NCBI GenBank assembly: GCA_003971905.1
Contig: RSEE01000028.1
Coordinates: forward strand, 372,001-436,000
Direction: 5' to 3'
Origin: Moniliella sp. 'wahieum'
Lineage: Eukaryota
DNA: 64,000 nt
Part shown: positions 40,220 to 53,511 of the stretch, in pieces
How the letters are laid out: each line of letters begins with the position of its first letter
How positions within the stretch are numbered: the stretch's first letter is position 1
Made by a program: the position numbers and the translations under genes
The notes under the pieces: model-generated
The model's input: the letters and a program-made list of their open reading frames with translations, nothing else
Database searches by the model: none
What the model was told of the DNA's origin: nothing

Positions 40220-42274
40220 CGACATCTCATGCAAAATACACCTGGTCGTCAATAATAACAGTATTATACCTTTGTGGCTGTCTCTTTGCGGAGTGAGTTG
40301 GTCATGCATTTGGAGTATCCAAGTCATACTAGTTACTGGATAGAGGGTGGGCTAGGGGTTTATGACCAATGCAGCCTCTCTTCTATCACCTGTCCACTCG
40401 TTCTTGCACTAGCATTCGACCACGTGTGTTTATCATGGTAGGTTGTGACATAGAACGATGTTCGTGGCATACTACTACCTCAGATGGCCCAAATGTGTAG
40501 GAGCGGACCTTGACCAAGACGATCATACCAGCTGCACCACCAGCCTCCTGCGGGGTAAGATAAAGAGGGGGACATGGCGAATCTAATATGGCCCTGTATG
40601 GGCAATTGGCAAACACTTTTCTGATACCGGCTCCTTCGTCTCGGAACGTTTGAGTAGAGAAGACGCAAGAATGGTAAGAAGAGTTAATGACACGTGCACC
40701 TGCTGGGACGTGGGGGTGATAGCTTGCCTAGGCTGGTGGTGCACTAGGCCAGTTCATGACATAGCCCGCGGCGCGCTCGCCTTTCCTGTCCTCCTTCTCT
40801 GCAGTTGGTGCCCTTCTTTCTCTTCACACCACCGCTCCACTCTTCGCTTCGCTTCACTCGTAACTTCGTTCCCGCTCCCTGTGATCGATCGACTGACCCC
40901 CTCTCCTGTAGACTACTCGTCGGAACGGCACAACACTCAGGCTTCGCCACGTGCCCTAGTAACTAGTAACAAGTAACTGTTCGGCGAAGGGATGAAAGGC
41001 TCTACCTCTTCCTCTGAAGCATATGAAGTTTGTAGGAAAATGAACGCTCGTATGCAAAACATCCGGAACTTGGTACTGAGAGTGAGGGTATGTAGAATCC
41101 GCTATTAGCGAGAAGTATAGTAGTAAACACACTTACTTCGTTTTGTGTGGGGCCGGAAAGCTTCAACATGCCGCCTAGACTAATTCGCATCCCCTGTACC
41201 CAGAATTCGCAGCGGCGGGCATCGACGGTAGCGCATGCTTGGCTTTGTCAAACAACAACCGAGTTTGGGGGGCGTCGGGCGCCGCGTATATTGGTGGTAG
41301 CATGCAGCATGGCAACAGGTGTAACATAGAGTGTAGCGCGTATAGCATAGACGTGTGGATCTGCACAAGCTCTGTTGAATGAGTCGGAGCCACAGTCAGA
41401 CTAGTCCTAGTCACAACCCGTCACAACCGAAAGAAGCCAACCCTAAAACATGTGCCGGGACTGTGGGGAGTCAGAATTAGGAAGCCGTGCTTCACTCACC
41501 CACCGCCAGACAGTGACCCCGTGCTCGGCGAGGCTACGCAACTACGCATCGTCAGCGGAGTCTACGATTCGCGGCCCTTGCCCACGCCAAGCACAGGGGC
41601 AGCGACCGAAAACGCTCTGCGCGGTTTCTTCAAGCGCCAAGCGCCAAGCGTCAAGCTTCGCCCTGCTTCACCCCTTCAGCTGCCTAGGGACGCTTGGGAA
41701 GCCACAGTGGACGCACTGGAGAGCCTGTCCCCACGTGCCCCCGTCTGCCCCTGGGTGCAGCATCGAGAATGTGCCGATGAGTCCGCACACGTCCCTGAGC
41801 GCCTCCTGAACCCTGCTGAACGTTGAACCCCCCTCTGCCCTGTTGGGCAGAGGGCACGTAGGAACTGCGCCGCGAGGGTGTATTGTATGGAAAGGAGCCA
41901 CCCGCATGAGTACCGTGACGACGTTTGGCCGATGCCGCGGGGGGGAGGGGTGATCTTTTGACAGCGGCGCGTCCACAGAGGGCCGAGGGCGAGACTAGCG
42001 GGGTAGCCGGGGCGCACTGGCCGCAGTCTGTGCCTGAAGCACCTGACGCAACACCCGAATATGTACCAAACATTAGAGCCTACTCGTCTTTCTTCCTATA
42101 CGTCCACAGATCAAGAGGGAGGGGCAAGGGTGCCAAGGAAGGGCACGCCCAAAATGCCAGTTATATATAAACTGCTTCTCATCCGATGGCCGTACCAATA
42201 CCCACACCATACCTGCCACAAAGCTCCAGCACTCCCATCAGCCTCTTCTTCCTCATCCTCTTCCTCTCTGCACC

Positions 42275-42844
42275 ATGCTCAGCACTCAACAGTCTGCCCC
42301 TGCCACCTCGACCTCTTCGTGCTCCAGTAGCCGTTTTACCAAAGCCATTCGCTCTGCCTTTGCGCCGTCGAGCCTCGCGCCATCTTGCCGCTCCCACTCG
42401 GACCTGGACCTAACTCGAACTCAAACCGACACAACGTTGGTCGGCTACGTTTCCAAGGAAAAGGACGAAGATGAGGAGACGTTGTCAAACTCGGTCCCCA
42501 TCCTCCCTTCTCAAGAAGTCTGGCGATTCGGCGCGGAATTTGATCCCTACCTTCCCCGGGCCCAATCTCCCAGGGTCCCCTCGGCTGCTTCTTCGCTCCC
42601 CGTCTCTCCCACTCGAACCGGGGCATGGCGGTTCGGGGGACAGTGGGACCCCTTGCGTCCAGATGAGCGGGAAAACGCTGCGAGTCGGGCTCGCCGCACG
42701 CTGTCGCCTGCGCCACGGCAAGCCAAGACGAACCCCAACAAGCCCACCTCATCCCGTCTCGACTCTACTGCATTCGGTCGAACTCTGGACCCACACCGGC
42801 CCTCGCTCAAGGAACACGCTCGGCTGGATGCAATGCGGTCGTGA
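42275..42844 (+). CDS. Hypothetical 189-aa Ser/Pro-rich protein
   Basis: Uninterrupted ORF with TATATATAAA at about 42162; internal repeated WRFG(A/G)x(F/W)DP motif. Confidence 0.55.
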   Translation: MLSTQQSAPATSTSSCSSSRFTKAIRSAFAPSSLAPSCRSHSDLDLTRTQTDTTLVGYVSKEKDEDEETLSNSVPILPSQEVWRFGAEFDPYLPRAQSPRVPSAASSLPVSPTRTGAWRFGGQWDPLRPDERENAASRARRTLSPAPRQAKTNPNKPTSSRLDSTAFGRTLDPHRPSLKEHARLDAMRS

Positions 42845-43146
42845 ATAGCAGCGTGACGATGACGTGATTGTGAATCGAGTTCGATAATGCTATGCTATAT
42901 CTTCTGGTCCGCTTACTGCTGTTGTCGTGGATTGGCAGGAAAGGTATATATGTTGACCTCCCACAGTAACAGGAGGATGAAAACGAGGGACAAAAGACTG
43001 TTCGACGCTAGAGCGGTTGGACAGAGCCGCTGCTGCCAGAGCGGGGGCGTGGCTCGGTTCGAGCCTAGATCGTGGTGGGTAGAAGGAGGTACGGAGTCCG
43101 GTGGTATGGGAGGGGGAGGCAGTGCGAGACAAAGAAGGGTGGTGCT

Positions 43147-44380
43147 TCACCACTGGGAGGGGGAAGGAGGAAGTGCTGTCTTGACCAATTGCGCCTCTTC
43201 GTCCAGCTCGAACCGATCCCGCGCTGGACTCAGGCCATACCCGCGGTCTCGGTGCTGAGGGGGCCCCCAGCCAAATAGACGGTCCACCCCGCGCGTCGTG
43301 GCCTCCTCAACATGAGCCCGGTCCAGGGGGCGAAGCCAAAGTGGGCAAAGACAGAGAAAAAGAGGATCGCCATCCCGGCGCCGGCAACCAGGTCGACAGC
43401 AAAATGGTGATGGAAGTACATGGTGGACCAGCACATGAATGCAAAATAGACGACCATGAACGCAGTCCCCATCGGCCCGCCATACCGGGCTACAAAGAGA
43501 GCACAACAAGCCGCTGTCGCAGCGTGGAGGGAAGGGATCGCTCCAAACACAACAGGGCCACGCCGAAACCCATCCGAGTAGAGGTGGGTGCCCAGCACCT
43601 CGTCCACCCGAACCAGGCCGGCTGCGTTACCGGGGAAAGAGTAGTTGGGCACAGTGCCCGCTGGGTATACGTCATGGAACCAGGGTGCAGCATGCGGGTT
43701 GAGGATATGAAGAAGTAGCCCGGACAGGTTTGGAGGCCAAGGCACCAGCCAAACGTGTTGGCTGCCCCAGGCGAGCCAAAGAACCAGATCCACCACCCTG
43801 CCAGAAAGGGCGAGGCAAAGTGGAGCACGCCGTAGAAGATCCATGCCACCACGTCTTGCACGGGCGAAGGGTCGAGGCCAATGGCCAAATCGTTGAGGAT
43901 GCGCAGAACGGGGGGGAACATGATGAGCAGTGGGGTAGAATACGGCCTCATGGGGCTTGCGGAGGTGGTAGCGCAACCAAACGAGCAGTGCCAGCGGTGC
44001 CATTAGGACCATGGAGAGAAACACTCCGAGTGGGGAGAGGAGAAAGGTCTCGAGAATAGGCAGAACAGTGGTGTGGATATCGGGGCGGATCGCATCTGGG
44101 ATGCGGCGAGCTTGCTTGAAGGCGGTCGTCCAGACTAGGGGGGGAGCCATTCCAAAGAGCAGGCCAGCAAGCCAGCGGAGTGGATGCTTGCCATTGAGGA
44201 GCACGTGGTGCAATGCCGCACGAGCCGGCGCAAGGGCGGGACGCATGTGCTGAGCAGGAGGATGGTGGCAAGGACAGATACGATGGGCAAGACAATCCTG
44301 CTCCAGATGGGCAGGTTGACGGCGGCAATGCGCTCGAGCACCGCGCTGCGGTGAGTGGCGCGCACATGGCGAGGACTCAT
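43147..44380 (-). CDS. AUR1: Inositol phosphorylceramide synthase (Aur1/Ipc1); frameshifted, ends approximate
   Basis: IPDAIRPDIHTTVLPILE; AWIFYGVLHFASPF; PHAAPW; GNAAGLVRVD; PVVFGAIPSLHAA; WSTMYFHHHFAVDLVAG. Confidence 0.88.
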
Positions 44381-46219
44381 GGGGAAGACATGCCCACAGC
44401 GAGGACACAAGCAGGAGCGAGCTGAGCGGTGAGCCGGGGCCGATGGTGGGAAGGGAGGAAGGACACCGGGGTGCGGATGGGGCTGGTGGCGGGGGGCGGA
44501 AAGGCGAGCAGAGGGGCGGGTGGAGCATGTGTGGCGCGGGGCTGCTGGCTGCTGGATCGGCATGCCGGTGTTGGCATGGCATATTCGGATGCGGCGTCGG
44601 TGACTAGCAGGCTGGGTGCTGGGTGCTACTGAGCAAGTACTGAGACTGAGCACGCGCTGGCAGCAGCAGAGCGTGGCCGCCGGAACTTGGAGCTTGACAC
44701 GTGACATGCGACGTGTGGCACAGCAGCGCAGCTGGGCTGGAGCGTTGGCGCACGGGGGCAGTGCGGCCGCTGGAGCGCCGCGCCGAAACGTGTCGATCAG
44801 CTACCATCGATCATCGGTCAGTGCAACCGGTTGTAACTGGCGTTCTGGCCCCAGGAGAGTGCTGGGCAGTGCGGCGCTGCGCTGCCCCCCACCCAACGGC
44901 ATGTGGGCTGCCATGCTGCATGCCCTGGCAGCGCACGCTGCACGCAACGCAGCAGCAGCACTCACTAACGTGCAACCCCGCGCCGCAGAGCGATTTGAAA
45001 TTGATCGATGATCATCGATCAGCGCTCAGCCTGAGCTCGTCGCCGTCTCATGCACGGGGGCCACTGATCGTACTGATCGATGATCGGCCATTTGCAAGTG
45101 CTGCAACCAGCGCTGGGCTCGCAAGGCAAGCAAGCCTGCGCGCGAGGGCGAAGCCAGTGGCTAGCAAACTGGAAAGGCCATCGGTACCAGCTCATCACGT
45201 GACCACACCTCAGCCTCCAAGAGCCTAAAGGACAGCGGGACAATCGACCATCGATTGAATATTCACCATCCAATCACGGATTGTATGGACTACACTGGGG
45301 TATGCAGTCCATGTACTTGTTATCGCTCTTGGAAGATGCCAAAGAGCATCGATCATCGATCAAATCCGCTCCTGTAGGACACGACTAAGATCCCACAATG
45401 CGTGCCTCCACTGTACTGCATCCATATCATTGACAGTAACCACACAATCTTATACGCGCCATTCATGCGGTCCCTAGTACTAAAACCGGGAGGCGATGCC
45501 GCCTGCTTCATGCTACCCCGTCCGCCACCCGGCGGCGCAAGCAGTAGGCAGTCACCAGTGGGGGCGCCCCATGCATCACCCTGAAGACTTCTTGTGCTCG
45601 TACTACGAACTGTGTGTGGATTCTCAGCATCAGCAGCGTTGTTGCGCTTCCTCTTCTCCCTGCCGTTTTGTTTATGATCATCGATCGAGATTGTCGGATG
45701 GGAGCCCACACGGCTTCATCCAGCATCTTCTACGCGATCCCATCCCGGCCGTTGCCTCCCACAATACCCAATGTCGATGCTCCCCCCCACGGGGCGCATC
45801 CCGCCCTCTCATAACCGGCATAACCCTGCTGATGAGTCCAGTTGCGGAGGTGGGAAGGTACAACACAAGCAGCAAGAGATCTGCATGGACGGGCGATACA
45901 GATAATCGTCTTCTCTGCTTACCATACTCTCACGGTCAACTTCCCTACAACCTTTTAGCGCCTTTTTTAGAAACACATCATTAGGTAGGAGTCATAGATC
46001 CACGATCCCATCAACGCAAGCCATGAAAGAGATAGAAAAAACGGCGCAGATATTGTGGCCGGAAGGCACACCGAGAGACAGGGGCAGGATGGTGCGGAAG
46101 TCAATACGGGCGGAGGAATAGAAGCACAATAGCGTTGTATGAAAACAAGTGGTGGTTGCTCTTGGAAACAGGATGGTGCACGGCAACGAAAACAACGACA
46201 CATCGAACAAGTGGGTTTC

Positions 46220-47805
46220 CTACGCGAAAACATTATGGACCGAGTGGGACTGAGAAGGATAGGCGATCGCCTGTGAGTAGGACGGCGGCGCAGTGTCATC
46301 CTTGGACAGGCAAAGCAACGCTCCTGCCGCCGAGTGATCCATTCCCGGCTCGCCTCCCACCTCGACCAAAGTCGTTTGAGAGGACCAGCGGCTGGGATGG
46401 GAAAAACGGCGTCCAGATTCGGACGCGTCAGATCCCGAGCCTGATCCCGAGCCGGACGCTGATTCCAAGCCCGGAACCGAGGCGGCACTAGCCGAGACCA
46501 GTCCTGACGACTTCGAACTTGCGCTCCAGCTGGTCTGCATTGCGTCCCCACGGTCATCAACCGGTACGAGGCGAGCACGCTTGGTCCGCTCTTGCTGGTC
46601 GTGCCACTCGGGCATGTCAGGGGAAAGCAGGCTGGGCTCAGAAGCGCGCTTGCGGTCCGTCGGAAGCTCAAAGTGCACCTCGGGATCCGGGTATTCAGCC
46701 GTGTCGACGTGAATGGGCCATCCGGCGCTGTAGCTGGGCGAGAAACGAGGGTCATCGTCCACTCGCCGCAAGAGACGGTCCCGCAAGTCGCGCTTGTGGT
46801 AGTAGGAGATGATGTGCAATTTGCGACCCGAGGTGGTGGTCATCGTAAACGACTGCTTAATTAGACCGTCCACCTTGTATTTGTTCTGAGTCGGGCAACC
46901 AGGTGCTCCCGTGCGACTGGTAGTAACATGAGGTCAGACGGTTCTCAAAAGGAAAATAAAATGAGGTAGACTTACTGCTTTCGCACCACAAGCTCGCGAT
47001 AGGTAAGGAAGCATCCGTTTACCCGGCTTGCAGACCACATCCGTCCATCCGTCCAGCGGCGGATGCCAGCCTCAGTCTCGTCCCACACAAATACATTGCC
47101 AGAGCGAACCAGGGCAGCACGCTCCGAATCGAGAAGACGACGGGGAAGGCGGCGAGGAGGGTTGTTGGGCGTGTCGCCAGGCAAATCACAAGCAGCAAGG
47201 AGCTTCAGCGCTTCCTGGGTAGTACGGACAAGACCGACATAGGTGGGCTGTTGGCGTGCTTGCGCGATTTGCAGCTGCATTGTGCCTGAGCCGGTAAACG
47301 TCTGGGCGGGCGTGGAATAAGAAGGCACAGACTGGGCAGGCGCGTCGGTACGGACGCGGTAGCTATTGCTTACAGGATCGGGCAGGTATACGCGCTCACG
47401 CTCCGGACGTTGGTGTGCGTAGTACGCTGAGTTGAAGTAGTCATCCGAATGGCTGTGGGTGGACGTGCCCATGAGTGTGAGAATGAGGGTAAGAGGTGGA
47501 ATCGTCGTATGCGCGGGCGTCATGCGGGAAGGCATACTGCGATTGGTAACTGGAGGGCATCGCAGGAGTCGGTACGACCGTGCCAACATAGCCTGCCTGG
47601 GTTGGCGCTGGGGCCGACATAGGCGAAAGAGACGAAGGACCGTAGCGGGGATAGTGCGGCTCAGGGTTGTCGAGTAGAGCGTGCTGCTGAGGCTGGGAAT
47701 CGTATGGCAGAGGCACATGTGGGAAGGGAAGCGTGGAGAATAGGTGGCCTGTTGCCGGGGATCGCCAAGAGGACGAAAGCCCATGGTACTCATCGGATGC
47801 GCCAT
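46220..47805 (-). CDS. Gti1/Pac2 (WOPR) family transcription factor; intron at about 46917-46974
   Basis: TYVGLVRTTQEAL; RRLLDSERAALVRSGNVFVWDETEAGIRRWTDGRMWSASRVNGCFLTYREL; GLIKQSF; KLHIISYY. Confidence 0.92.
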
Positions 47806-48136
47806 TGCCGGGAAGGGAGCAGTAAACGTCTAGGAACGAGGCGAGGGTGTGTGTGGGGAGGAGGGGAGGGGGGAGCGGTGTGGATTCGGACGCCGGGGGG
47901 GGGGGGGGCTAGAAGACGCCCTCGTTGGGCGCTGGCGAGATGGTGACTGCAACTGCGGGAGGGGAGGGGGCAACAGTAGTAGCGGCAGCGAGCCGAAACA
48001 CTTGCAGCCGAAGTGGGTGGCAGTGAAGGAGGAAGTGGCGGTGGCGGTGGGGATGCCCGTGGTGGTAGACGGGAAAGAAAAGCAGGAGGGGTCGAGATAA
48101 GTAGGCCAAGCGTCAAAATAGGGCGTTGCCGCTCAA

Positions 48137-48248
48137 GCTGCGTCGAGCAGCTGGGTGCCCGACGCTCGAGTGCTTGACGGTGCAGTGCTAGGGCTGCGTC
48201 GAGCAGCTGGGTGCCCGACGCTCGAGTGCCTGACGGTGCAGTGCTAGG
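48137..48248. repeat. 56-bp tandem duplication with one mismatch
   Basis: GCTGCGTCGAGCAGCTGGGTGCCCGACGCTCGAGTGC(T/C)TGACGGTGCAGTGCTAGG twice. Confidence 0.9.
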
Positions 48249-50189
48249 ACCAGGGCTGCGCACGGCGCCTGTGTGTGGATACCGCTTGTCTGCCGTACGT
48301 ACCCCATCGATCGATCGGGTGACGGGTGACCAATCGGGGCTTGTCCCCGACATCACACGGGCATCACACCCGTGCCATCAATCGGGCTCTCGTGCCCCCC
48401 GCGTGCCCCACAGATCGCGGCGCCCTCCCTGTGCCCCAGCTGCTTGGCCATGCGCTCGCTTCCAGGCGCTGGCGGCCCTTGGCAAGCTCACACACGCCTG
48501 ACGCCTACTAGGGAAGCTAGGCACTAGGGAGGAGCTGGCGCTTGACATGGACAGGCGTCTGATAGACTGAGTACCGAGGGTGGTCGGTGTGAAATGTTGT
48601 GCCTCTCGAGGGCTATACAGAGGGGAAACCCACACAGTAAAACACGCTGAGTACCGCGTAACGTGTTACGCTCTTGGGAGCGAGCAGTGGCAGTGACAGC
48701 TGCTGCCCCCGTGAAACTTGTGCAAAAGGCCATCTTGGCCTCGCAGGGTCCAGGGCACTGGTACTGAACTCGGGACTCGACTCAGTATACTCTCCAGCAT
48801 ACCCACACCCGTTGCCCGTTATCACATGTGCACGCATCAGCCTAACGCCACCCGGAGGCTTGACTATAGTGGCTAGTGACTATAACGTGACCAGTAGTCA
48901 CATTTACTATAACTCAATAGCCAAGTGACTAGTGACTGGTGGCATACTAGTGACACTATCACCTCATCAATCACGTCGATACACCACCTTGCACCTTCCT
49001 TCGCTTCATTTGAGGTGTCGGTTCAGCGTGTTCACGCCAGCACGTACTCCCAGGCAGCAGTGGCGCAGCGCCATCCAATGGAACTTCATGGCCGTCAGCC
49101 AGGCAATAAGGAGGCACAAAGATGTTGATGGACGCGCGCTCCATGCAGCTTGAAGCTTGAAATAAACGGACTAGGTACTATTGACCAGCGCTCAGGCTGA
49201 GCGCTGACTATATGCGTAGCTCTCCAAACAGCGCGTGCGCGGGCAGGCCTATGCACCTATGGAGGCACATCTGGGTCATGCGTTACGCATCACATGTATG
49301 TCAACACGGTATCCTTGACATCCTCGACCATTCAACAGCATTTGACCGGCATCTCCCTGTGCGCGCCGTCTAGGATGCTTTGTGCTACACCCTTTCCGAC
49401 ATGAGCGCGAGTGTAGCTACCTCGGATTCTGGAGTCTTTAGTACCATGCTTCGTATTTAGTGTACTTTTACTAATAACCCGTCCAACCGATACAGCTTTT
49501 ACCAGTGAATGTGGCCGGTAGCTGGGCAAAAACGACGGAGCTGCGCGCCCTCACCGAACAAAAGTCATCGAAACCATCGACCATAGACCATCGATCATCC
49601 CGCAATCGTCCTCGCAGGGCCCCATCGCCGATGATCTCGATGATCGATTTGGTCGATCTCCACGAGACCTGTCCGCAGAGCGCCTGTCAAAAGCTGCGTC
49701 CTATGATCGCGTATGCTTTTTGGCCAGCGCTAACTTTGTTCAAGCTACTGAGTGACGACCCGGCTCCGAGAGAGAATGGCCAGCAGCGTCACCTGTATCG
49801 TCTCGTGATGCACCATGCGGGCCATCATGTACATCAGGCAACCAGCAACAGGCAGCGCACCTGCGCCGCTGGCTATCCCAGCTACCGGTTGTGGCGATGG
49901 AATATTGTGCTCGATCGCGATCGATCGATTCCAAGTCACTTGCATTATCAAACGAAGCGGAGAGTAAGACCAAGCAGCAAGCAGCGGGCAAGCGGGATGC
50001 AAGGTGCCTCCAGGAGAAATTTCATATTTCACTGGTTAGGTTTAGTCCAGTCATTAATTCGGCGCAATATTTGCCGCAGTATATTACCGAACCCACAAAC
50101 CCTAGGGCCGCGGTCGCTCCCTAGGGCCGATGGCTGGACGGCCGTCGTGCCCTCGGGACAGCTGTTCACTAACCACCAAACTCCTAAAC

Positions 50190-50559
50190 ATGTCGCGCCT
50201 GTACGCCAAGGGCCGCATCCAGGGCCACCAGCGCTCCAAGCACGTGAGCCACCCTCACACGTCGCTAATCCAGATCGACGGCGTGGCCAACCAGGCGGAC
50301 GCCAAGTTCTACCTCGGCAAGCGTGTGGCCTACGTCTACAAGGGCACCAAGGAGATTCGTGGCACTAAGGTCCGTGTTATCTGGGGCCGCGTGACTCGCC
50401 CGCACGGCAACTCGGGTGTGGTGCGCGCCAAGTTCGCCACCAACATCCCCCCTGCGGCTTTCGGCAAGAGCGTTCGCATCATGCTTTACCCCTCGAACAG
50501 TGCGTCGTTCTTCCAATGCTGGTCATGCGGGACAAGGACTAACCCCTCTGGCAGTCTAA
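50190..50559 (+). CDS. RPL33: 60S ribosomal protein eL33 (L35Ae); intron 50500-50554
   Basis: MSRLYAKG...[12 protein letters not shown]...[21 protein letters not shown]...[10 protein letters not shown]. Confidence 0.96.
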
Positions 50560-50899
50560 ACATGAAATGTACACTCTGGGCTGGGTACTAAGCCACGCCC
50601 AAAATCCAAGTCCATGCGCGAGTCCAGCCTCGCATAGCCGAAACCCCGGGTTCTTGTCGGGGGTGCATGGCTCGCGCTTCTGCACCTTGCTATGGCATGC
50701 TTTTGGCCCTGGTTTACAACTGGGCCGCCAACGAGCTTTAACTTGGTTACCAGAACAGTAGGCCAGGAGAGGGACCGTAGTGCAAGGGAAGGCAAACCAG
50801 CTGGACGAGTGAGGCAACACATGACAACCACTATGCCACTTGCGCAGGGAGCGTCCGTGTTTGCCACCAAGACATGATCTGACTTCGCAATTGCCCCAC

Positions 50900-51634
50900 C
50901 TGCGAGGATATCGAACCCGACTGTCCCCCCTGCTCGCCAGAGGCCGTCGGTATTCCTCCGGGCCGTAGAACGCTGGGTCCAACTCAGTCTGGGGATGCGA
51001 AAGACAGCAATAGGACGGGTGAGGGAACTGGCAACCCCTTCCGCCTCGTCGGGCGAGACGTCAATCGTGGCATCTGCTCCAGGTGTGACGGAGCGAACCA
51101 TGCCGTCGGTCAGGGTGACGAGAAGTAATTGTAGCGTGGCGATGATCAGATCAATGAAGATGAGGTGGAGCTTGCCGAAACGGTGGTCTGGAGAACGGGG
51201 TCAGTATTTGGGCGTTCCCTCTCTGAATGGGGGCATACCTTTCCCCAGAAAGTCGACCCATAGGGCCTCACGGTCAACACGACCCAAGTCCCGCCATGCA
51301 TGACACAGGATGCACAGAAGGGCGGTCCAGTAGACCGTCAAATGCGTTGGGCGAAAACGGGACTTGGTGCGTGAAGGGCTTGGAGTGGCTGATAAGGCCG
51401 GGAAGGTTAGCGTACGCAATTACGTGTGGGGAGCCAAAATCATACTCATTTGCTGAATGGACAGGGTCAGCATCAAAAGGGAATGAGGGACGAAGGCGGA
51501 CTTACAAATTGAGCTCCAAATCTGAGAAGAAGCAACCAGGTATTGCTGTCGACGAGCCACTCGTAAACGAAGACGATGCAGATCACATAATCGAGCTGAC
51601 AGAGGCGTAAGTGTGTGCATTGCTGCCAAAACAT
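50900..51634 (-). CDS. DUF1746 (Dsc4-like) membrane protein; introns and frameshifts, 3' end uncertain
   Basis: LCQLDYVICIVFVYEWLVDSNTWLLLLRFGAQF; LWVDFLGKG; LIFIDLIIATLQLLLV. Confidence 0.55.
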
Positions 51635-51987
51635 AGGGGAGGCACATACCGTCTGGACGGCCTCAGACCGCTCACGCTCCATACCCATGACAGAAGGTAA
51701 TGATGTGATGGGGGTGGCAGGTGGATATTGGTGCGGTGGCGGCGGTTGTCGGGAAACTACTGCTGCGCCGACGATGCGAAGTGGGGCCGATTGGCGATGC
51801 GGTGGTGACAGCAATTGAAATAATGCTCTGGGACTGCCAGATTCGGTTCAATTAGGATCCGCGGGAGTTCGGAACGCGACGCGCGAGCGAGGAAGTGAAA
51901 TTTCAGGGCCCACGCTTGTCCGCCTGTGCGACGCGCCAGGACATCGGCTAGGTTGGCACGCAGCCAGATCGCAGCAGCAAACCACCA

Positions 51988-53511
51988 ATGCCGCCGTCCG
52001 CAGCTGCGCCCAAGCCTACACCCTTCTTCCCCCCGCCATTACGCCTACCATGCGCGTCCGATTCGTCGCTGGTGCAGCAACCACGTAAGCGGCCCCGCTT
52101 CTGCTTCACTTCCGACCTTACCTATGGGCGGGATTATGTCTTTCCTCGTTACAACCCGGACGGGAGCGAGAATGTGGACTGGATGCGTATGCAGAGCATG
52201 CTTGCTCTCAAGGCCAAATGGGACGGCATTTGTGACAAATTCAAAGATGCACACTTGCTCCCTCAAGACGAGCTTTATCTTGGGAAGGGACCAAACGGCG
52301 TGCAGCTGCTCAAGGACCGCGGCCACTTACGTGCCATCCGCCAGGCTGTCCCTTTTGGCTATTTTATCTCCCTGAATGAGCAACAAGAGGCGCAGAAAGC
52401 GCGCGATGAAGACGATCTCGATGCTTGGGCCGGTGAGATTCCCATGCCACTTCCCTCTTCAATGGACCAGGGACCCGACCTGGAGGAATTTCTTGCTGCT
52501 GAGCGCCGTCGTAAGGCCATCCTTGGGCTTGAAAGCGACGAAGAGGAGAATGAGGATGAGGGCGAGGACGTCGTTGATTTTTCCAATCCAAGATGGGGGG
52601 AGCAGTTGGAGGAGCACGAAGAGCAGGACCTTTTTGACGGACACGACAGTGATCATCCTCACCCACCAAACGACCTCGACTCCCCTGAACCTTGGAGCAA
52701 TGCTTCTCATGTAGGGGATGAAGGAGAGGAAGAGGACGATGACCCACTCGTCTCTCTACCCCCCAGGGGAATTCGATTCGGAGACTGAAGCGGACGAGCT
52801 GGATGTCCTTCCAGACACGACGCCCATTCCCGACTAGTTCAATTGGCTTGACGATGCTCGAATCGCTAATCCGCAAAGAAAACGCGCGCCTTCCCCGCGT
52901 GGATACATGCTGGCTGAGGATGAAGACGTGCACGACCTGGCAGTCGCCTTGGCTCGGGCTCCCACCGAAGCACATCAGTCGTATCAGATCTGTCGATCCA
53001 TGAGCCTGCGTCGGACGCAACTCTCGTCGAGGCGTCCCCCTGGTCGGCTCGCTCGAGAGTACACGTATCGATTCCTCTCCTGCCCGCAGCCTGCTATCCC
53101 CACCACCTCCTTCCTCTCCACCTCCATGCGGACGACCGAGAAGCATATGCTGCCGCCTCTGGTGGGAACTCCTTCAGCTGGTCGGCGCGGAAATAAGTCA
53201 TCACGACGCCCTTGCCCAACGCAGGAACCACGTACCGGTGCTACTCCAACCCCAACTCGAACTCCGACTCCTGCACTCCGGCCCACCCCTCGGCGCGCTC
53301 TTTGGCGCATTCTACACCAATCCCCCCGCGCCCACTACTTCCGCACCATCGAAATCATTGCCCACCAAAGTCTCACGGAGGAGCTCGACCACTCCCTCCA
53401 AGCGCGCGCGATCGCTGGGCAGTGCACCTGCTGAGCCGCTCGTCGCCCCTGCAGCGTGGGGGTCCAGGCGTGTGCAAGAAAACGTTTTGCTTTTCCTGTG
53501 GCAATCACTAG
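51988..53511 (+). CDS. SCM3: CENP-A chaperone Scm3-like protein; frameshifted
   Basis: RMQSMLALKAKWDGICDKF...DELYL...LLKDRGHLR (Scm3 domain pattern); acidic middle; C-terminal GGPGVCKKTFCFSC. Confidence 0.75.

Noticed and set aside
41452..41826. 124-aa + strand ORF
   Set aside because: No ATG start in frame and no recognisable homology.
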